From the human T2T-CHM13v2.0 reference genome, Homo sapiens, in assembly GCF_009914755.1 (NCBI RefSeq), contig NC_060941.1: a DNA stretch of 64,000 nucleotides; one strand, given 5' to 3'. The first letter of the stretch is position 1, and every line of letters begins with the position of its first letter. This document shows, piece by piece, positions 61,230 to 64,000 of this stretch. The notes under the pieces were generated by a model, which worked only from the letters and a program-made list of their open reading frames with translations, made no database searches and was not told where the DNA came from. Both the position numbers and the translations under genes were made by a program.

Positions 61230-62800
61230 TTATTTATTTTTAAATTTCTTGACATTGCATTACAAATAACTGTATTTTATAATTATGTAAAACATTTACA
61301 TGGTTTCAAAGGCAAATATCTAGAATGAGGTAGATTCATACAAAGCTAATTTCTTCTCTTGGTCTGTCCACTCCATTCTTTTTTTTCCTGTCATATATGC
61401 AGATTTTTTAAAAAATTAAGATTTATTATTTTATTGTTTGTTTTAAGCTATAAGCAGATAGTTTAATGTATTCCTATATCAACCTGTCTTATATGAGTGG
61501 TGATACACCAAAACAACTTTTCTTCATCTTGTTCTTTTTACTTCATACACATCAAAATCATGCCTTGGTATTATATAGAGGGACTCCCTGTGCGTTTGTG
61601 GAACTGCACAGTTTACATGTGTGAATGTGCTGTAGATTATTCAGTCAGACTCCTAGAGGACAGTTGGGTTGTTTCCTGTGTTTTGCTACTTGAAAGTCTT
61701 GCAGTGTACAATCTGGTGCATGTACCCCTTGTGTATTGTGTAAGTGTGGCTTTGTGGATAGCTTCCTAGAAGTGGGATTGCTGAGTGAAACAGTAGATGC
61801 ATATATCATATTGGCATATGTTGCAAAATTATCCTCTGTTTTCTATTCTCACCAACAACATTGAGACTGTTTCCTCACGACTTCTACACAGAGTGTTTTC
61901 AAACTTTTGGCTTTTGACAAATAAATAATTGAGAAGAGGTAGCTCAATGTAGCTTTGATTTCTTTTGTGTAGGTTTGTATTTCTGTTATGGTAGTCAAGA
62001 GTAACTTGCATTTCTCTTTCTGTGAACTTTCTTTTCGTTAATCTAGCCCATTTTTTTTTTATTGGATTGCTAGTGTTTTGAATTTCCCTATGTTTAGAAG
62101 TGTTTCATGTTAAAATTTTATGATTAAAAATTTAAAATATTTTAATATTTTGTCATTTGTCTTTTAGTTTAATTCTGGTAATCTTCTGCTGTGTAAAAGT
62201 TTTAATTTTTGTTTTATCAAATTTATCTTTCCAATTTCTTATGTCTTTAAGACTTCAGTCATAGAAAAGCTTCTCTTACTTTCAGGTTGTAAAGGAATTC
62301 ACTTCTAGTACCACAGATTTAAATTTTTACATTTAAATAGCTTATCCATCTGGAATTTGTCCTGGAGTATGATATGAGAAAAGGATCCAGTGCTATTTTG
62401 TTCAAATGGTTACCCAGTTAGCTCAACACAACTTATTAAATAGTCCATCTTTAACTCAATGATATGATATGCTGCTTTTACAGCATATTAAATTTGTACC
62501 TTTAATTGGGTATATTTCTGGATTTTCTAATAACTCCCATTAGTTTGTGACAATTTTTGTATTGTTAGTATACTGTTTTAATTCTAGAGAATTCATAGTA
62601 CGCCTTGATATTGGCAGGGCTCTCTTCTCTCACTACTACATATTCATCTTTATTCATGGTATTCTTTACTATTTTTGCTTATTTGTTTTTCCAAATAACC
62701 TGAATAATCAACTCATAAAGTCCGGCTTTAAAGCAAAATCTGATACCGTTTGTTGGAATTGCATAAATTTATAAATTAGTTTAGATTAAATAGACATCTA
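61230..62800 (-). mobile_element. L1ME-type fragment
   Basis: TTCCTAGAAGTGGGATTGCTG, TTATCCATCTGGAATTT. Confidence 0.65.
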
Positions 62801-63310
62801 TATTGATGCATAACAAAAAATTGTAGCAATATGATTTTTAAAAATCAGAGATATATAATCATAAAATATTTGTTTTAGCTCTAGTGTTAATCGTCAAGTT
62901 TAACATCTTAGCCTAAGGCTTTTAAAAATATAGGATATATATTAATATAAGTGATACGGTTTGATTTGTAGCATAATTTCATTTGTTTAACAATAATTTA
63001 TAATCCAGTTTTTCTATATTTGGTTCTATTCATAATTCGGAAGTCAAAGTGGTCCACTCAATAAAATGCAAAGATCGTGGGTACTTTTCTTTCATTTTTC
63101 TATTTGAAAGAAGTTTCTTGGTTTTATGATGGAGAATGGATGTCTAGGCACAGCTTTACAAAAAAAATCTGCTTTCTTGCTATTTATGCATCCTCAACAA
63201 GATAATTAGCTACAATGAAATTAAAATGCAATGAGTCTGTCTGAATTTTTGTCGTTGTTACTTGTGAACTTCATCTCATCAATGTCAAAGATTCACATTT
63301 TGGAACTTAC

Positions 63311-63482
63311 TCATCACATTGAAATTGTATGGCTTGGCTGTGATGGATTGGATTTACCATGACTTTCATCCATGCCTAATTCGAGTATATGAATCTTGCA
63401 TTTTTTTTCATTCACGCGTCATTACACAAGCTATCCTTGAGATGTATTCAATGTGTCAGAATAAAACGAGTGCTTTCAAAGT
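63311..63482 (-). pseudogene. exon relic E1
   Basis: CCTATTTTTTTCTAG|A acceptor, TGA|GTAAGT donor. 172 nt, phase 1-2, FESTRFILTH*IHLKDSLCNDA*MKKNARFIYSN*AWMKVMVNPIHHSQAIQFQCD. Confidence 0.55.
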
Positions 63483-63544
63483 CTAGAAAAAAATAGGTAT
63501 ATCAAAGTTCAAACTCAATGCAATAAATAATAATAGCAAATTTA

Positions 63545-63750
63545 CTTTTTAAAGTATTTACAATTTGGCAGATTCTTCCCAAGTGTTTGTTGTATATTAA
63601 CTCATGTAATCTTTGCAATAATCTAAAAATGTAAGACTATTTCCTAATTCTATAAATGGAGCCCAACTCACACAGTTGGTAAGTGAGATTTGAACTCTGG
63701 CAGTTTGGCACAGAGGCCTGTTTGTAATCATTATACTCTACAGCCTTTAT
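63545..63750 (-). mobile_element. MIR
   Basis: ATTAACTCATGTAATCTT, GATTTGAACTCTGGCAGTTTGGC. Confidence 0.65.
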
Positions 63751-63947
63751 GTGTTAGAAGACCTCCTCTTCATGTAAAAAGCATGCACAGTGTAAGACAT
63801 TGGGGGTTAAAATGATGATAAAGACAAATGTAATCTCTTTCCTCTTGGAGGGAGCCTGGATGTAGACTAGAAAGAACAGTCTGTCTATATATCTATCAAG
63901 CAAAGCAAGAGCTTGACCTTCTACCTGTCTGTTCATTTTCTATAAAC

Positions 63948-64000
63948 TATAGATAGATATATAGATATAGATATATAGAGATATAGATAGATATATAGAT
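63948..64000 (+). repeat. (TAGA/TATAGA)n simple repeat
   Basis: Directly visible. Confidence 0.9.

Noticed and set aside
62958-63209. Minus-strand acceptor 101 nt downstream of E1 as another exon
   Set aside because: Good acceptor, but stops in all frames and a weak donor, so frame and end cannot be fixed.

Overview
Primate (human-like), AT-rich, repeat-dense genomic DNA with no intact protein-coding gene, RNA gene or CRISPR array that I can support. Much of the window is transposable-element debris. This includes the 5' end of an L1PA3/4 at the left edge, a nested HERV16/ERVL provirus remnant with a recognisable gag piece, a twin-primed 5'-inverted L1PA, an MLT2A1 solo LTR, over 20 Alus, older L1M/L2/L3/MIR/MLT1/MST/THE1/MER21/LTR16 copies and a few DNA-transposon MITEs. 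The main non-obvious signal is in the unique islands between repeats. Many of them carry a minus-strand 3' splice site and 5' splice site pair. Chained together these give about 22 exon relics from about 63.5 kb down to about 9.5 kb, with long spliced open stretches (about 151 codons with one stop across 5 exons; about 75 codons with none across 3 exons). Other exons carry stops, and two carry insertions. This looks like a decayed multi-exon protein-coding gene (candidate unitary pseudogene) whose protein I cannot name. There are also three TSD-flanked insertions that look like L1 3' or orphan transductions, a local templated duplication, and candidate plus-strand exons downstream of the L1 antisense promoter and MLT2A1. 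Repeat subfamily names are from recall of consensus sequences, and their boundaries are approximate.
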